Part shown: positions 24,260-24,658 of the stretch, piece by piece
Numbering within the stretch: the stretch's first letter is position 1
Layout: every line of letters starts with the position of its first letter
Origin: Campylobacteraceae bacterium
GTDB lineage: Bacteria; Campylobacterota; Campylobacteria; Campylobacterales; Sulfurovaceae
Direction of reading: 5' to 3'
Assembly: GCA_027081355.1 (NCBI GenBank)
Contig: JALWKP010000031.1
Span: forward strand, 1-24,658
Length of the DNA: 24,658 nt
The notes under the pieces: model-generated
What the model was told of the DNA's origin: nothing
What the model saw: only the letters and a program-made list of their open reading frames with translations
The model's database searches: none
Program-made: the position numbers and the translations under genes

Positions 24260-24658
24260 TTATGGTCTTTTAACTTGTTTATATACTTGTGCAGAGAAAT
24301 TACTTACATTTCCTGCTCCGTCAATAGCTTTTACTCTAAAGAAAGTTCTTGACCAATTTCCTGTTGGCGGGTTGTTTGTTTGACCTGGAGCATATGCACA
24401 AGTAGGGCTTGAAGTATCACATCCAGGAATCAGTTCATAATCCTCTAATTTATTTGACTTAGTATTTTTATAGAATTCATATTTGACAATTCCTACATCA
24501 TCTGTGCTTCTTGATGCATCCAATATAACTTTTTTGCCGATATTATCCCCTTGTATATTAACAGGTGCTGTAGTTCCATCTTCAAATTTATTTGCTATTA
24601 ATCTTGCAACAGGTGCTTTTGTATCTGTTACAGGTTTTGCAACATCTGTATAAGCTTG
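24260..24658 (-). CDS. C-terminal part of a larger secreted protein with an Ig/FN3-like domain; the start lies beyond the window
   Basis: The frame is open to the window edge. ...KVILDASRSTDDVGIVKYEFY...WSRTFFRVKAIDGAGNVSNFSAQ resembles the FN3/Ig-like beta-sandwich motif RV.A.D.AGN.S. The stop is 13 nt before the outer-membrane protein gene start. Confidence 0.55.
   Translation of the reverse strand, partial: QAYTDVAKPVTDTKAPVARLIANKFEDGTTAPVNIQGDNIGKKVILDASRSTDDVGIVKYEFYKNTKSNKLEDYELIPGCDTSSPTCAYAPGQTNNPPTGNWSRTFFRVKAIDGAGNVSNFSAQVYKQVKRP

Noticed and set aside
1-24658. CRISPR arrays, integrase or transposase genes, toxin-antitoxin pairs, restriction-modification or other known defence cassettes
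   Set aside because: No regularly spaced direct repeats with unique spacers were found, and no ORF translation shows recombinase, transposase, nuclease or methyltransferase signatures. The only mobile-looking features are the non-coding MITE-like copies.

Overview
AT-rich (about 30% GC) Gram-negative chromosomal segment. Gene content suggests a Campylobacterota-like bacterium, but that is inference only. Most of the window is ordinary housekeeping DNA. It holds a partial acetyl-CoA synthetase gene, a translationally coupled ilvI-ilvH-lpxD unit, panE, a five-tRNA cluster (Leu-Arg-Arg-His-Pro) next to the CCA-adding enzyme gene, a YfcE-like phosphoesterase gene and topA. Between these sit accessory-looking parts: (1) four copies of a roughly 165-bp dispersed element with a 20-bp terminal inverted repeat (MITE-like; one complete, one near-complete, one degenerate, one truncated); (2) a roughly 500-bp ORF-free, hairpin-dense region upstream of an atypical cytoplasmic SPFH (band-7) protein gene, containing two tandem tRNA T-arm/acceptor-like fragments that do not fold into canonical tRNAs; (3) a wza-wzb-wzc polysaccharide export module plus a putative deacetylase, with no glycosyltransferase, flippase or polymerase genes in the window; (4) several lipoprotein, outer-membrane and repeat-protein genes of unknown function (CAP/YkwD-like lipoprotein, PagL-like barrel, coiled-coil lipoprotein with an internal TM segment, tandem-repeat protein, outer-membrane barrel plus a large Ig/FN3-like secreted protein). 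No CRISPR array, integrase, transposase or obvious toxin-antitoxin or defence cassette was recognised. The candidates for novelty are the MITE-like family, the tRNA-like fragment cluster and the orphan export module.
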